From NCBI GenBank assembly GCA_041739995.1, contig JBGSMV010000029.1, positions 120,294-184,293 of the forward strand: a DNA stretch of 64,000 bases. The letters run 5' to 3'. The DNA comes from Bdellovibrionota bacterium (GTDB lineage Bacteria > Bdellovibrionota_C > UBA2361 > JBGSMV01). The position numbers and the translations under genes were made by a program. Positions 39,200 to 50,250 of the stretch are shown one piece after another; within the stretch, counting starts at the first letter, position 1, and each line of letters starts with the position of its first letter. Under the pieces are notes generated by a model, which did no database searches, had not been told where the DNA came from, and saw nothing but the letters and a program-made list of their open reading frames with translations.

Positions 39200-39712
39200 A
39201 TGACCACCCGATGGGTATCGCGTCATCGTATGGCGCTAGTCGGAGCGGTTTCGTTGGCGATGGGGCTACTGCTCGCCAGTCGTGTCGGTGGCGACTTCCA
39301 AGCCATCGGAGTAGTGGCTGCTGTGCTCTCCACGCTCCTTGCCCTTGGCGGTGCGGTTTTGGTCTACCTGGACCTTCGCCTTCCGAGGCACGAGGTGTGG
39401 AGCGTTTCGTTTAGAGTGAAGCTTCCGCTGTACGGCTCGCTACTTCTGCTGGGAGTGGTGGGCCTCGCAATCTTGCGGCCGCTACTCTCTGGATCAACGG
39501 CGACATTCTCCGCTCAGGATTACGTCGTCCCGATCCTATGCGCCATCGCTGCGATTGTGTGTGGAGCTCTGCACCTCTTCGCTGTTCAGCGAGAGTACTA
39601 TCGCCGGGCTCGACGAACGCCGCGGATTTGTACCAGATGCTCGTACCCGATGACGGAAGGCACAGGTTGTTGTTCCGAATGCGGGCAGTCCTTCGCCGAG
39701 GCCGTCGACTAG
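39200..39712 (+). CDS. Four-TM membrane protein with C-terminal zinc ribbon
   Basis: AGGAGG RBS, four hydrophobic helices, and CTRCSYPM..GTGCCSECG. Confidence 0.75.
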   Translation: MTTRWVSRHRMALVGAVSLAMGLLLASRVGGDFQAIGVVAAVLSTLLALGGAVLVYLDLRLPRHEVWSVSFRVKLPLYGSLLLLGVVGLAILRPLLSGSTATFSAQDYVVPILCAIAAIVCGALHLFAVQREYYRRARRTPRICTRCSYPMTEGTGCCSECGQSFAEAVD

Positions 39713-39947
39713 ACGCTGCTAAGGAAAGTGGAGGGGAGCATGCGAAGCATTGCGAGGCGCTTAACTAGGTTCTCTGGTTATCCCCCCACTTCTACTCTTT
39801 GAGCTCGCGCGTCACGTGGTGGGCCCCTGCCCAAAGTATCCCTAAAAGTATGCCAAAAACTGAAGGAGCGATTTAAATCGACGTTCGTCATGAACCGCAC
39901 AGAGGCATCTCAAATCTCCGCAGCAGAAGGGAGGTGAGAAATTCGAG

Positions 39948-42900
39948 CTAACTGGATGGCTCACTTAGTTCCACTGTTATCCATCTGACGAGTTCTGGGT
40001 ACTTAAGCGGCTTCTGGAAAAAACGCAGAGCGCCATTTGAAAGGAGCTGCTGAGCAGCTTCATCTTGGACGTAGCCGGAAAGAATTGCGACTCGGGCCTT
40101 CGGATTAATTTCTCGGAGTGCGGCAAAGCAGGCCGGCCCATCCATTTTGGCCATCTTCATATCAAGCACAACCAAATCGATGGTCGAATGATTGTCTCGG
40201 TACCAAACGACTGCTTCCTCGGGAGAAGTAAAGCCGACTGAAGCGATGCCGGCAATCTCAAGGAAGCGCCGGGTCAAGTCCACTAAGATCGGCTCGTCAT
40301 CAACGACCAGCACGGTGCCTGATGACGGTGAAATTGGGGCGTTACGGTCTCCCGATGACTGATTCATATTAGTTCCTTCATTCGAGCGAAGCGGGAGGAA
40401 CATCCTAAAGCAGGCGCCCTCTTCATACGAGGAGTCTATATCAACCCATCCACCATGACTCTGTAAAATTCCATAAACCATCGCAAGGCCAAGGCCGGTG
40501 CCGCCACCTCGCGGTGCTTGCTTGGTGGTAAAGAAGGGCTCAAAAATCTTATGAGCGATCAGGGGATCAATTCCGGAACCCGAATCGCTTACCGAAAGCA
40601 GCACATATTGCTTATCAACCGCCTTGGCGTTGAAGGCGCTGGGGTCAGGAATATTTCGTTTTTCGAACGAGAAAGTGATGGTGCCGCCCTTGGGCATGGC
40701 CTGTTTGGCATTGATGATCAAGTTGGTGAGGGCTTGTTGAAGCTGCCCTGCATCGACTTGTACCATATAGTCCCGACCGTCCCCTTCAAATCGAATCTCT
40801 ATATCTTTCTCGATAACCTTGCTGAGAAACGAGACCGTGTCGTCAACCAGCTTACGGAGGGAGTGAGTTTGTAGATTGTATTTGCCTTGACGGGAGAATC
40901 CGAGCAGCTGTTCAATGAGCGAAAGCGCCCGCTCGCATCCGCCGAGCGCAATTTCAAGAGAATTAGCGATTGACGGAGAGAGATCCCTTGAAAGTTGCAA
41001 TAGTTGAAGATGTCCGACCACGGCTCCCAGGGCATTGTTCAGATCATGCGCGACCCCGGCCGCCAGTTGTCCAATCGCTTCCATCTTCTGGGCTTGGAGC
41101 AGCTGCTTTTCAAGACGCAACGCCTCCATCTCTGCCTTGCGTCGCAGGGTAATATCTGTGGCAACGGTCAGAACCTGTGGTGGGCGTCCGTCTGGGAGAA
41201 CTAACGGCTTTCGAATGGTATAGTGCCAGCGAATTTCGCCGGTTTGTGGATCAGTAATAGGGCATTCGAGGGTCTCGCAAGACTGTAAGGACGAAAGCAC
41301 GTACTTGCACTCTTCAACAAACGTAGCAGCTTCTTTCTTATTTGGATGAATGTCCGCGTCGGTCTTTCCAACGATTTCTGCGGGGGTAAGCCCGTATTGG
41401 GACGCAAACGCTTGGTTCACTAACGTGAACCTAAAATTACTATCCTTTACAAGGATAAGATTCGGCGCAAGGTCAACTACTTGTCGCAGAAATTCCTCCT
41501 GCGCACGCAGTTCGTCCTCGACTTCACGGCGCCGGGTGATATCGCTTGCCGTACCAGTTGCGCCGACGATTTCTTGCTCTGGTCCGCGTAGTGGAATCGC
41601 GTTTATCGAGAGCGAAATAGTAGAGCCGTCCGGACGAAGGTGCTTGGTCTCGGCTTGAATGACTTCTTTGCCGCCAAGCACCGCCCGAAAAAGTTCCATG
41701 TCCTTTTCTCGGCAAGTAGGATCTACCAGGTCAGTAAACAACTTCCCTATAAGTTCTTGCGGTTCACACCGGTACACGGCTCGGCATGCGCTGTTCACAA
41801 ACGTGATACGGCCAGACAGGTCGACTGACCAGATTAAATCGCTGGAGGTTTCGACTAGGTCGCGATACTTTTCTTCGCTGGCGCGCAGCGCTTCGGAGCT
41901 TTCCTTCTGAGCTGAGACGTCCGTCACTGCGCCGAGCGTGGCAATAATCTTGCCGTCCTCATACACAGGAGTGGCGTTGATCTGGGCCCAGAACTGCGAG
42001 CCATCCTTGCGCTTAAGGCGGATTTCGTAACGCTCGTTCTCTCCTTGAAGGCGCTTGGCAGTATGTTCTCGCAAGAGGTGGGCATCTCCGGGGGGCAGGA
42101 GAAACTCATCGGCCACTTGTCCAATAAGTTCGGCGGAAGAGTAGCCAGTGATTTCGCCCATTCGGTCATTTACTTGAAGAATGCGATCCGAGGGGTCGCA
42201 CAAGAGAATGCCCTCGCCAAGGCCTTGAACTACCGTTCGGTAACGCAACTCAGAGAGATGCAAGGCGCGTTGGACCTTCCGCTGTTGAAGCGCAGCTCCA
42301 AGAATATTGGCGGTGATCTTCAGTAGGCGCACCGTTTCTGGACTCCATAGCGCTCGTGCGCTGAGGGTGGAGAACCCCACCGAACCAATGAGAGTGCCTC
42401 TGGATTCAAGAGGGAAAAGAGCGAGGCCTTTCACGCCACTTTCTTGGATTATAGTGCTGAGGGCTACTGCTTCTGGAGGGAGTGGGGACGAATCGCTCAC
42501 CAAAATTGCACCCATCGAGGAAAGGGTGTCGGTGACCCATTTCAGCGACAGCAAAGATATCGGCTCGCGATGATCCTTTAAAGCGGGGACTCCTTCGGCG
42601 CACCACTCGTACTCTTGTGTGGCCGATCCATCATCATTGTGCAGAAATATGAAGCTTCTACTTGCCTGAATATGTCTGCCAATTACTGACAAGGCGCTGG
42701 TGACTTCGCCGCGCACTTCATCCGGAGTGCGATGAATGAACTGCATAGAAAGTTTGGTAATGAGCTTGTCGAATACCAGACGCTCGCGCAGCTTTACATC
42801 GACCTCTCGACGCGCAAATGATCGCTGGATAGCGCATTCGAGAGTCGAGGGAGAGACCTCGCTATCAAAGAGACAATCAGAAGCGCCCGCAAGCAAAGCC

Positions 42901-43205
42901 TGAGCTTGTGCGTCGGCAGACTCCTGATGCGAAATGAAAACAATAGGGGTGAGCAAGTCGGCGGATCGAAGACTTTCGAGCACTGGAATCGCGACCGGGC
43001 ACCAAGGGACTGCCGCCATTGGATCATCAATAACCACTATCAGTTGGGCTCCCCACGATCTCAAGGATTCATGAGTGACCGGAGAAAGTGGCTGAGTGGT
43101 AATGGTGGGGGGCTGGCGACAGAATGAACGTAGCGCGTTACTGACCTTCTCGGCGGTGTCGCCGTCGTGGGCGAGAATAAGGACTCGCTCTATATGATGG
43201 CCCAT
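39948..43205 (-). CDS. Hybrid sensor histidine kinase (REC-like/GAF/3xPAS/HisKA/HATPase/REC)
   Basis: QAQKMEAIGQLAAGVAHDLNN, NLIINA, DSGSGI, FEPFFTTK and GTGLGL, with a C-terminal REC. Confidence 0.95.
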   Translation of the reverse strand: MGHHIERVLILAHDGDTAEKVSNALRSFCRQPPTITTQPLSPVTHESLRSWGAQLIVVIDDPMAAVPWCPVAIPVLESLRSADLLTPIVFISHQESADAQAQALLAGASDCLFDSEVSPSTLECAIQRSFARREVDVKLRERLVFDKLITKLSMQFIHRTPDEVRGEVTSALSVIGRHIQASRSFIFLHNDDGSATQEYEWCAEGVPALKDHREPISLLSLKWVTDTLSSMGAILVSDSSPLPPEAVALSTIIQESGVKGLALFPLESRGTLIGSVGFSTLSARALWSPETVRLLKITANILGAALQQRKVQRALHLSELRYRTVVQGLGEGILLCDPSDRILQVNDRMGEITGYSSAELIGQVADEFLLPPGDAHLLREHTAKRLQGENERYEIRLKRKDGSQFWAQINATPVYEDGKIIATLGAVTDVSAQKESSEALRASEEKYRDLVETSSDLIWSVDLSGRITFVNSACRAVYRCEPQELIGKLFTDLVDPTCREKDMELFRAVLGGKEVIQAETKHLRPDGSTISLSINAIPLRGPEQEIVGATGTASDITRRREVEDELRAQEEFLRQVVDLAPNLILVKDSNFRFTLVNQAFASQYGLTPAEIVGKTDADIHPNKKEAATFVEECKYVLSSLQSCETLECPITDPQTGEIRWHYTIRKPLVLPDGRPPQVLTVATDITLRRKAEMEALRLEKQLLQAQKMEAIGQLAAGVAHDLNNALGAVVGHLQLLQLSRDLSPSIANSLEIALGGCERALSLIEQLLGFSRQGKYNLQTHSLRKLVDDTVSFLSKVIEKDIEIRFEGDGRDYMVQVDAGQLQQALTNLIINAKQAMPKGGTITFSFEKRNIPDPSAFNAKAVDKQYVLLSVSDSGSGIDPLIAHKIFEPFFTTKQAPRGGGTGLGLAMVYGILQSHGGWVDIDSSYEEGACFRMFLPLRSNEGTNMNQSSGDRNAPISPSSGTVLVVDDEPILVDLTRRFLEIAGIASVGFTSPEEAVVWYRDNHSTIDLVVLDMKMAKMDGPACFAALREINPKARVAILSGYVQDEAAQQLLSNGALRFFQKPLKYPELVRWITVELSEPSS

Positions 43206-43356
43206 GATTATTGGTCCATTATTCTTGGCTCAGAGCTCTTTAACTGTGCCTCACCGCTCTTTCACCGGAGCGTCGTAAAACCATGCAATGCATGCCCCCG
43301 ATATCTCACCCCACATAGTTCAACACAGTACGATCTTTCTATGAATGAAAATTCAC

Positions 43357-46300
43357 TCACTCCGCAAAAGTTCTAAGTAGTCGAGCAAACACGCTAATTT
43401 TTGCCACTTGTGGAGCGCCCTCAGCAATTTCACGAGCAGACAGGCGCAATCGCTCGATACCCGGCATCTTCTGAAGGAAAGCCGCCACCTGAGACCCGTC
43501 CTGCACCCCGTGCGACATGGCCGAAACGGCAATCAGCGAGGTTGCGCGACGAATATCATCATAGGAACTGAGTAGCAGCTCGTGTTCCCACTTGCTCTGG
43601 GTGGATATGCTTCGCTGGGCAGCCAGTAAGTCGTAGACGCCGAGCGTGTCGATCAAAGTGCAAAATACAGAGGAAGCGACCTTAACGTCCGTCTCTGTCA
43701 GAAGAGCGCCAGTTTTTTGAGAAACAGAGCTCTGGGCAACGCCGCGCTGAGCGACACAGCGACGCGCAGCCCACAGGATCTCAAATAGCGATGGCGTCAG
43801 AGGCGACACCGCGAAGGTGTGCGCAGCGTTCTCCGAAAAGCCAAGTTCCGTGTACTTAGGAACTCTACGTTCGACATAGTCTCGAAGACTCCCGGTGAGG
43901 ACCGAAAGAGGCTGATTAAAAATCAACTGTAGGTTCACGGCATAAGCAGTACAGAGATCTCCGACTGAGCCTCCGGTTTTGGTGCTCGAGGTAGCAGAGT
44001 CTTTGGTAACAGAGTCTTTGGTAACAGAGTCTGCCGTGGCAGCCTTTGACTTCGTGTTTTGCGAATCCGAGTGATTGGAAATGAGCCAGGCAGTAGCCTC
44101 TCGCAAAGCCGCACTCAGTTCAATTCTATACTGTTGGTAGCGCTCGTGATTCTCAAAGGTATCGAAGGGCTGGATCATGAGCTTGCGTTGAGGGGTTTGA
44201 AGCAGCACATGTGCCGCCAGCAGTGAACGCAGCACTAAGGATGGATCGACTGAGTGGCTGAGGCACATGCGATGAACAAAAGTTAGACCAACGGTCTCCA
44301 CTAATTCGTTTGCCACTCTAGTCGCGATGATATTCGGGGCTAGAGGATGAGAACGAATGAGTTTGTCGAACTTGCCTCGAAATTGTGGAGGGAAATAGTC
44401 CGAGAGGAATGGGAAGAGCGCTGGATCCTGCGTAAGGCCAGAGCTCAAGAGCTCGTCCTTGACCCACAATTTAACGCCTGCGGTACACATCGCAAGTTCC
44501 GGTCTAAATAGTCCGGTGCCTTTTCGTGCGCGGTCTTCAAGTGTCTCGTCGCTCGGCAGAATATGCACGGCTCTATTGAGATACCCGCGGCGGGCAAGAT
44601 CGTTCATGAGCGATTTAAAGTACTCAAGATTCTTGCTGCCTCGTTTTGCAGAAGACGATATGAGCACGGCTTGACCGCGATTGTGAGAGAGCACGTAGGA
44701 GACCACTTCTGTTGACACATCGCGCAGTGCCGTATTGCGATCCTCCAGTGAAAGAGTGCCATTCTTGACGACTTCGGACAGAAGAATCTTTAAATTGACC
44801 TCATGATCAGAGGTGTCGACGCCGCCAGAGTTGTCGATTGCGTCGGTATTGATCAAGCCGCCACGTTCGGCGAAGTCTATGCGTGCTCTTTGAGTAAATC
44901 CTAAGTTTCCACCCTCAGAGACCACCTTGGCGCGAAGTTCATCGGCGTTGATGCGTACTGCGTCATTGGCGGAATCATCTACATCACCGTCAGATTCATC
45001 TCTTGATTTGACGTACGTGCCGATACCACCATTCCAGAGCATGTCGACGGGGGCTTTAAGGATAAGTGAAACTACCTGCTCACCCGATAAAATTTTCGGT
45101 GTGTCGCTCGCGAGGCCGAGCGCTATGCGGGCCTCTTTTGTCAGTTCAATCTCCTTGGCTGCTCTTGCGACTACCATGCCGCCCTTGCTCAAGAGCGTCA
45201 GGTCGTAGTCGCTCCACTGTGAAAAAGGCATATTGAAAAGACGATTACGTTCATTCCAAGAAGCGGCCGGATCGGGAGTTGGATCGATGAAAATATGCTT
45301 ATGATTGAACGCGGCGATAAGTTTGGTGTTTTTGCTCTCAAGCAAGCCATTTCCAAACACATCACCTGACATGTCCCCGATTCCGACTGCCGTGAAGGGG
45401 CTCTTCTCGAAGTCAATGCGCGCATCTTTGAAATGCTGTCGAACGGCTTCCCATGCGCCACGCGCGGTAACTCCAAGTCGCTTGTGGTCGTAGCCATTCG
45501 AGCCACCAGAGGCAAAGGCGTCGCCAAGCCAGAACTTAAATTCTTCGACAGCTATTGTGTTCGCGACGTCACTAAACGAAGCGGTGCCCTTGTCAGCTGC
45601 GACGACAAGATATGGATCTGGCTCGTCGTGGCAGATCACTCCTGGGGGAGGGACCAGGGCATTGTCGACCCGGTTGTCGGTGAGAGAGAGAAGGGCACGA
45701 ATAAATTCTCGGTAACAGTCCTTCACCGCGTTGGCCTGAGCCTCTCGTTCTTGCGGTAGATCTTTAACCACAAAGCCGCCTTTTGCTCCCGAAGGAACGA
45801 TAATGGCGTTCTTTACTTGCTGTGTTCGCATGAGGTCTCGAACCTCGGACCTGAAATCTTCGCGACGGTCGCTCCAACGAATACCTCCACGCGCGACTCG
45901 TGAACCCCTAAGATGCACACCTTCGAACGCTGGTGCTGAAACGAATATTTCGAAGAGTGGTCGTGGGTGAGAGAGCAGCTCAAGCTGCTCAGAATGAATC
46001 TTGAGTGCCACTACCTCAGGACGGGGACCAGGCAGTGACTTGACCTCTTTGCCAGACCCGTTTTTATCGCCAAGAGCCGCTCCGAGGGGCACCGCAGCTC
46101 GCTTTGCGAAAAAGTTAGTACGAACCGTTAATTGCAGGAGTGACACAAGCGCACGAAGTATTCGATCTGCGGTTATGTCCTGTATGGCATGCAGGGCCGA
46201 TCGAAGATCGGCTACGCCCTTATCGGTTTGTGCGATTCGATCGGCTAGCGCAAGCGACAATGAAGGGTCGAATTTTAGCTTAGCGACTTCCCAAAATTGA

Positions 46301-48645
46301 CGAGCAAATGATGGGTTGCTGGCGAATGCTTCGCGAATGGTTTGCCGAGTGGCGAATTTTTTGACTTGCCACAGCAGCATGCAGTAAGCGCGCAGCAGGG
46401 AGAGCGCCGCGATGTCGAGCCCCGCAGTTGTCATGAGAGAATTTAAAATATCGTCTTCGCACTTGCCGAGCAGTGCCTGCTGTACGCCCGCTGATACCAC
46501 ATCTCTGGCGGCTCCGAGGGCGGGGAAGGGTCGGTCGCCGCGCACCTTAACGGGAAAACGGTGCAAAAATAGTCGAGGTCCGCCAAGTGGACGGACACAC
46601 CAGGCGCGTTCATGAAGTACTTCGAAGCCGGCGTGCTCAAGAATCGGCAAAGATCGACTCAATGTAATCTCGCGCCCAAAGCAACAGATGCTAATAGAAG
46701 TAGTCTCCTCACTTGCGGACGTGCTCGAACACAGCTTCACGGCGAGCGGGTTCTCTTCAGAGAGGGTATCGAGAAGCGCCACGTCGTCCAGCGCTTCTGC
46801 GGGACTATGAATAGCCTGATAGTCTTCTGGGAAGGCGTAATGAAAGCGCAGCTCTCTAAGTTCTCCTTCGCGTGCATGCGCGCCGTTGGTGAGCGGTAAA
46901 GTCGGTGCAGCGGCGAGGATATCTCCAAGCGCACTCGCCCAACCCTTACTGCGGTCGAGAAGGATTAATTCAAGCGCCGCGAGGTCTTCGGCAGAAGGCT
47001 CCTTCACCACTGGAGCATAGAGGTAAACTCTGCAAAGGGGTTCATCGACGCTGGTAACGAAGACATCCGGAATGTCACTCGAAACGCCGAGTCCAAATGC
47101 AAATGCTTGTGCTATTTCAGAGCGAATCTCGGAGGTAAATTCGAATGAGGGCAGAGCAACTACTGCCCACACTCCTCTGCCGGATCTGTCGCGTCTTACG
47201 CAGGACGCACGTTCGCCGCGTTGCTGTGCCTCTAACAGGAGACCGACCTGAATATGAAGGGCATGCTCGTCTCCAGAGAGAACAATATGCTTAGGGGTGC
47301 CATCGATGATTCGAAGCGCTGCCTTGTAAAGATGCGAGCTGGGGCGAAGTCCCTCGGCATCAAGCACGGCGCGCAGGCGAGCGCGTACCACCGGAATGCG
47401 AGACCCTTCTTCTGATGTGGCCTTGGAGGTGAGCTGCCCGATTACGGAAAGCACCAGCGGCGCATCCTCGCTCTCGGACTGAGGATCAGTGTTTGATCGG
47501 CCAGGGACATAGATGTGGAAGCTGCAGAGCCTTCCGCGGTGATGGAAACGGCTGCGCTCCGAAAGGAGAGAAACGGAAAGCGACTCTCCGCATTGAAGCA
47601 ACTCTTGGGCGTCGCTGTGGGCCTCCGAGATGACTCGATCAACAAGGTTTGATTTTGACCTATCGTCGGCACCAGAGTCGTCGCGGGGCGTGCCCTTAAA
47701 GAACCCGAGCTTGCGCGAAGGAGCGTCTGAGAGCTGCGAGTTTTTAACTGACCAGGTTGCAACCCCTTCGATTACAAGACTGTCAGCCAATAACCAATTT
47801 AAGAACTCAGCGCTCTCGTGTTGTTGGTCTTGGTTTGGGGCATCTCCTGCACGCACCTGGAGCATGCGCGCAAAATGTTCGACCGCCACGCGCATGTCAG
47901 CAAAGTCGTCGGCGGCAAGCGTGAGGTGATTGAGTGCTTGTCGAAGATCGGAAAGCAGCTCTGCAAGTTCTTTCTCAGGCGATTGTGACGGGAGCTCTCC
48001 CGACGCTGCTTGGGGTTGTAATTGAATAAAGGAGAGAGAAACGGATTCTCCGCCAACCGACAGTATCGGATGAAGAAAGGCGGCTGGACGTCGACCATGA
48101 GCTCTTAGTACGGCATCAATGGTGTTGATGATGAAAGGACGATCGAGTAGCGCAATGCGAATCGAGTCAACGGTATCAAAGCCGCCGAGCAGGCTCGCAT
48201 CCTTCGAGTCATTCGATTTGTTCGTCTCGCCCGGGGCAGGGTAGGTACCAAGCTGCCCAGAGACAATCACCTGCGAACTAGCGGCGAGTCCGGGAGTACT
48301 ATTACTGGCGGTATTGGAAGGGCCGCTGGCGCTAGTTGCTTTGGACTGAGCGAGGGCATTCCACTCAACTAAAGTTGAAAAAGTCGACCGCACAATCTGA
48401 GCGAGATGCGAAGGCTCTTGTCTCTTCAGCCATGCGTCCGGAGCCCGACGTAGTAGGCGTGCGACCAAATCAATGCAGCTACCAAACCCTTGAACGAAAT
48501 CGCTCTTGTTCTGAGGCCCCAGCTGTTCGCGTACCGAGCCAAAAATTGGCTCACGCGCGTGAGCTCGCTCTTCAATCCCTCTAGCTCTAGGCGAAATTTC
48601 CGACACACCACCGGTATTCATGTCGCTTATTCTGACTCCCTTCAA
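43357..48645 (-). CDS. gdhB: Large NAD-specific glutamate dehydrogenase
   Basis: EGVHLRG..VARGGIRWSDR.EDFR.EV, VKNAIIVPSGAKGGF, YLVVAADKGTASFSD, GIGDMSGDVFGNG and NTDAIDNSGGVDTSDHEVN. Confidence 0.95.
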   Translation of the reverse strand: MKGVRISDMNTGGVSEISPRARGIEERAHAREPIFGSVREQLGPQNKSDFVQGFGSCIDLVARLLRRAPDAWLKRQEPSHLAQIVRSTFSTLVEWNALAQSKATSASGPSNTASNSTPGLAASSQVIVSGQLGTYPAPGETNKSNDSKDASLLGGFDTVDSIRIALLDRPFIINTIDAVLRAHGRRPAAFLHPILSVGGESVSLSFIQLQPQAASGELPSQSPEKELAELLSDLRQALNHLTLAADDFADMRVAVEHFARMLQVRAGDAPNQDQQHESAEFLNWLLADSLVIEGVATWSVKNSQLSDAPSRKLGFFKGTPRDDSGADDRSKSNLVDRVISEAHSDAQELLQCGESLSVSLLSERSRFHHRGRLCSFHIYVPGRSNTDPQSESEDAPLVLSVIGQLTSKATSEEGSRIPVVRARLRAVLDAEGLRPSSHLYKAALRIIDGTPKHIVLSGDEHALHIQVGLLLEAQQRGERASCVRRDRSGRGVWAVVALPSFEFTSEIRSEIAQAFAFGLGVSSDIPDVFVTSVDEPLCRVYLYAPVVKEPSAEDLAALELILLDRSKGWASALGDILAAAPTLPLTNGAHAREGELRELRFHYAFPEDYQAIHSPAEALDDVALLDTLSEENPLAVKLCSSTSASEETTSISICCFGREITLSRSLPILEHAGFEVLHERAWCVRPLGGPRLFLHRFPVKVRGDRPFPALGAARDVVSAGVQQALLGKCEDDILNSLMTTAGLDIAALSLLRAYCMLLWQVKKFATRQTIREAFASNPSFARQFWEVAKLKFDPSLSLALADRIAQTDKGVADLRSALHAIQDITADRILRALVSLLQLTVRTNFFAKRAAVPLGAALGDKNGSGKEVKSLPGPRPEVVALKIHSEQLELLSHPRPLFEIFVSAPAFEGVHLRGSRVARGGIRWSDRREDFRSEVRDLMRTQQVKNAIIVPSGAKGGFVVKDLPQEREAQANAVKDCYREFIRALLSLTDNRVDNALVPPPGVICHDEPDPYLVVAADKGTASFSDVANTIAVEEFKFWLGDAFASGGSNGYDHKRLGVTARGAWEAVRQHFKDARIDFEKSPFTAVGIGDMSGDVFGNGLLESKNTKLIAAFNHKHIFIDPTPDPAASWNERNRLFNMPFSQWSDYDLTLLSKGGMVVARAAKEIELTKEARIALGLASDTPKILSGEQVVSLILKAPVDMLWNGGIGTYVKSRDESDGDVDDSANDAVRINADELRAKVVSEGGNLGFTQRARIDFAERGGLINTDAIDNSGGVDTSDHEVNLKILLSEVVKNGTLSLEDRNTALRDVSTEVVSYVLSHNRGQAVLISSSAKRGSKNLEYFKSLMNDLARRGYLNRAVHILPSDETLEDRARKGTGLFRPELAMCTAGVKLWVKDELLSSGLTQDPALFPFLSDYFPPQFRGKFDKLIRSHPLAPNIIATRVANELVETVGLTFVHRMCLSHSVDPSLVLRSLLAAHVLLQTPQRKLMIQPFDTFENHERYQQYRIELSAALREATAWLISNHSDSQNTKSKAATADSVTKDSVTKDSATSSTKTGGSVGDLCTAYAVNLQLIFNQPLSVLTGSLRDYVERRVPKYTELGFSENAAHTFAVSPLTPSLFEILWAARRCVAQRGVAQSSVSQKTGALLTETDVKVASSVFCTLIDTLGVYDLLAAQRSISTQSKWEHELLLSSYDDIRRATSLIAVSAMSHGVQDGSQVAAFLQKMPGIERLRLSAREIAEGAPQVAKISVFARLLRTFAE

Positions 48646-48949
48646 ATATACGAGACTGTGACGTTATCAGAATAAAGGTGCCCCGGGTATCGCCGAAGAG
48701 CGACATTTATACCATATATTCAAATAGTTACCGAGAAATGTGAGGAAATGATTCTGAGAATGTAGGTGGAAATTTTTGCGCGCCTTGTCGGCAGCTGCCG
48801 CGCAAAACTGAACACCTATTTGTAACTTTTTTTACCCGACCAGGAAGCGACTGAAATCCCAACAATCGCGATCAAGGTAAGCGCTTAAAATCAGGAAGAA
48901 TTTTGCTTAGTTTTGGCCGGGTCAATCATTTGCCACGAATCCGCGTCTG

Positions 48950-48964
48950 TGGAACGAAACTTGC
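48950..48964 (+). promoter_or_regulatory. Candidate sigma54 (-24/-12) promoter
   Basis: TGGAAC-GAAAC-TTGC matches TGGCAC-N5-TTGC with correct GG/GC spacing; lies upstream of the EBP operon. Confidence 0.55.
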
Positions 48965-49098
48965 CATCTCACTGACACAGGCATTGCGTGCGCCAGTGGT
49001 TTGACCCGCGGAAAGGGTGAGGTTGCACAAGGTTGGTTTGGTTTCGTTCGCAATGCCGGTTTACTGCAGGAAGCAGGTTTTTAGCTAAGGAGAGCAGC

Positions 49099-50250
49099 AT
49101 GTATTCGTTTGCCTCAGGTTCTGAGTCCTCCCCCGTTTCTTCAGAATGCGAAGTGGCGCCAAAAACGGCACCACGGCCGGTGACGTTACCGCGCGCACTA
49201 CCCTCCATTCGGCAAACTTCATTCGCTGGCATTATCAGCGAATGTAGCGCCATGCAGAAAGTTTTTAGTGTTGTTGAGAAGGTAGCTCGTACTAACTCTA
49301 CCGTGCTTGTGCTTGGCGAAAGCGGAACCGGCAAGGAGCTGGTGGCGCGAGCCATTCACCGCATTAGTGGGCGAACCGGAAAGCTTGTCCCAGTAAATTG
49401 TGGCGCGATTCCAGAAGAGATTCTTGAGAGCGAGCTCTTTGGACATGAACGCGGAGCCTTCACTGGTGCCATCGCACAGAAAATCGGACGGTTTCAGCTT
49501 GCCGACGAGGGAACGATATTTCTCGATGAGATAGGAGAAATGAGCCCTAAGCTTCAAGTGAAGCTTCTGAGGGTACTTCAAGAGCGAAAAGTTGAACCTG
49601 TGGGTTCGACCAGAACCATTGACGTGAATGTCCGGGTAATCGCAGCGACCAACAAAGACCTGCGCGAGGAAGTCCGTCAAGGACGATTTCGAGAAGACCT
49701 ATACTATCGCTTACAAGTCGTCCCAATAAATCTACCGGCGCTGCGTGACCGTGGCGACGATGTGGTGATACTTGCCCGCCATTTTCTTGAGTCTGCCGCA
49801 GAGGAGATATCACGACCGGAGCTGCGCTTAACCGAGCAAATTGAACTCAAGCTGAGAGACTATACTTGGCCCGGCAACGTTCGTGAGCTGGAGAATCTGA
49901 TTGAGCGGCTTGCCATTCTTGGCGACACGGACCAGATCGACGTTAGTGCGCTCCCTGATTATATTTGCGAAGCACCGGCGCGTGTTTGCCAGGGGCTTCT
50001 TGAAGTTGAGATTCCTCAAGGTGGAGTGGACTTCAATGCGTTGGTTGACCGATACGAAACGCACCTGATCACCTTGGCCTTGGATAAAACTGGTGGCAAT
50101 AAGAAGGCTGCAGCGCGGCTCCTGGGGCTGAATCGAACTACGCTTGTAGAAAAGATTAAAAAGAAAGGTCTTGCCGCACAAGTTGAGGTGTTAGTGGAGG
50201 GCGATTCGCCACTCTCCGAGCCATCAATTGCTTCGGAGCTTGAGGGATGA
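49099..50250 (+). CDS. Sigma54 enhancer-binding protein without REC domain (FleQ/FlrA-like)
   Basis: [29 protein letters not shown] and [26 protein letters not shown] before ATG 49099. Confidence 0.9.
   Translation: MYSFASGSESSPVSSECEVAPKTAPRPVTLPRALPSIRQTSFAGIISECSAMQKVFSVVEKVARTNSTVLVLGESGTGKELVARAIHRISGRTGKLVPVNCGAIPEEILESELFGHERGAFTGAIAQKIGRFQLADEGTIFLDEIGEMSPKLQVKLLRVLQERKVEPVGSTRTIDVNVRVIAATNKDLREEVRQGRFREDLYYRLQVVPINLPALRDRGDDVVILARHFLESAAEEISRPELRLTEQIELKLRDYTWPGNVRELENLIERLAILGDTDQIDVSALPDYICEAPARVCQGLLEVEIPQGGVDFNALVDRYETHLITLALDKTGGNKKAAARLLGLNRTTLVEKIKKKGLAAQVEVLVEGDSPLSEPSIASELEG

Noticed and set aside
37617..39950. Integron cassette array considered for the small-ORF patch
   Set aside because: No attC-like RYYYAAC...GTTRRRY pairs and no integrase found.
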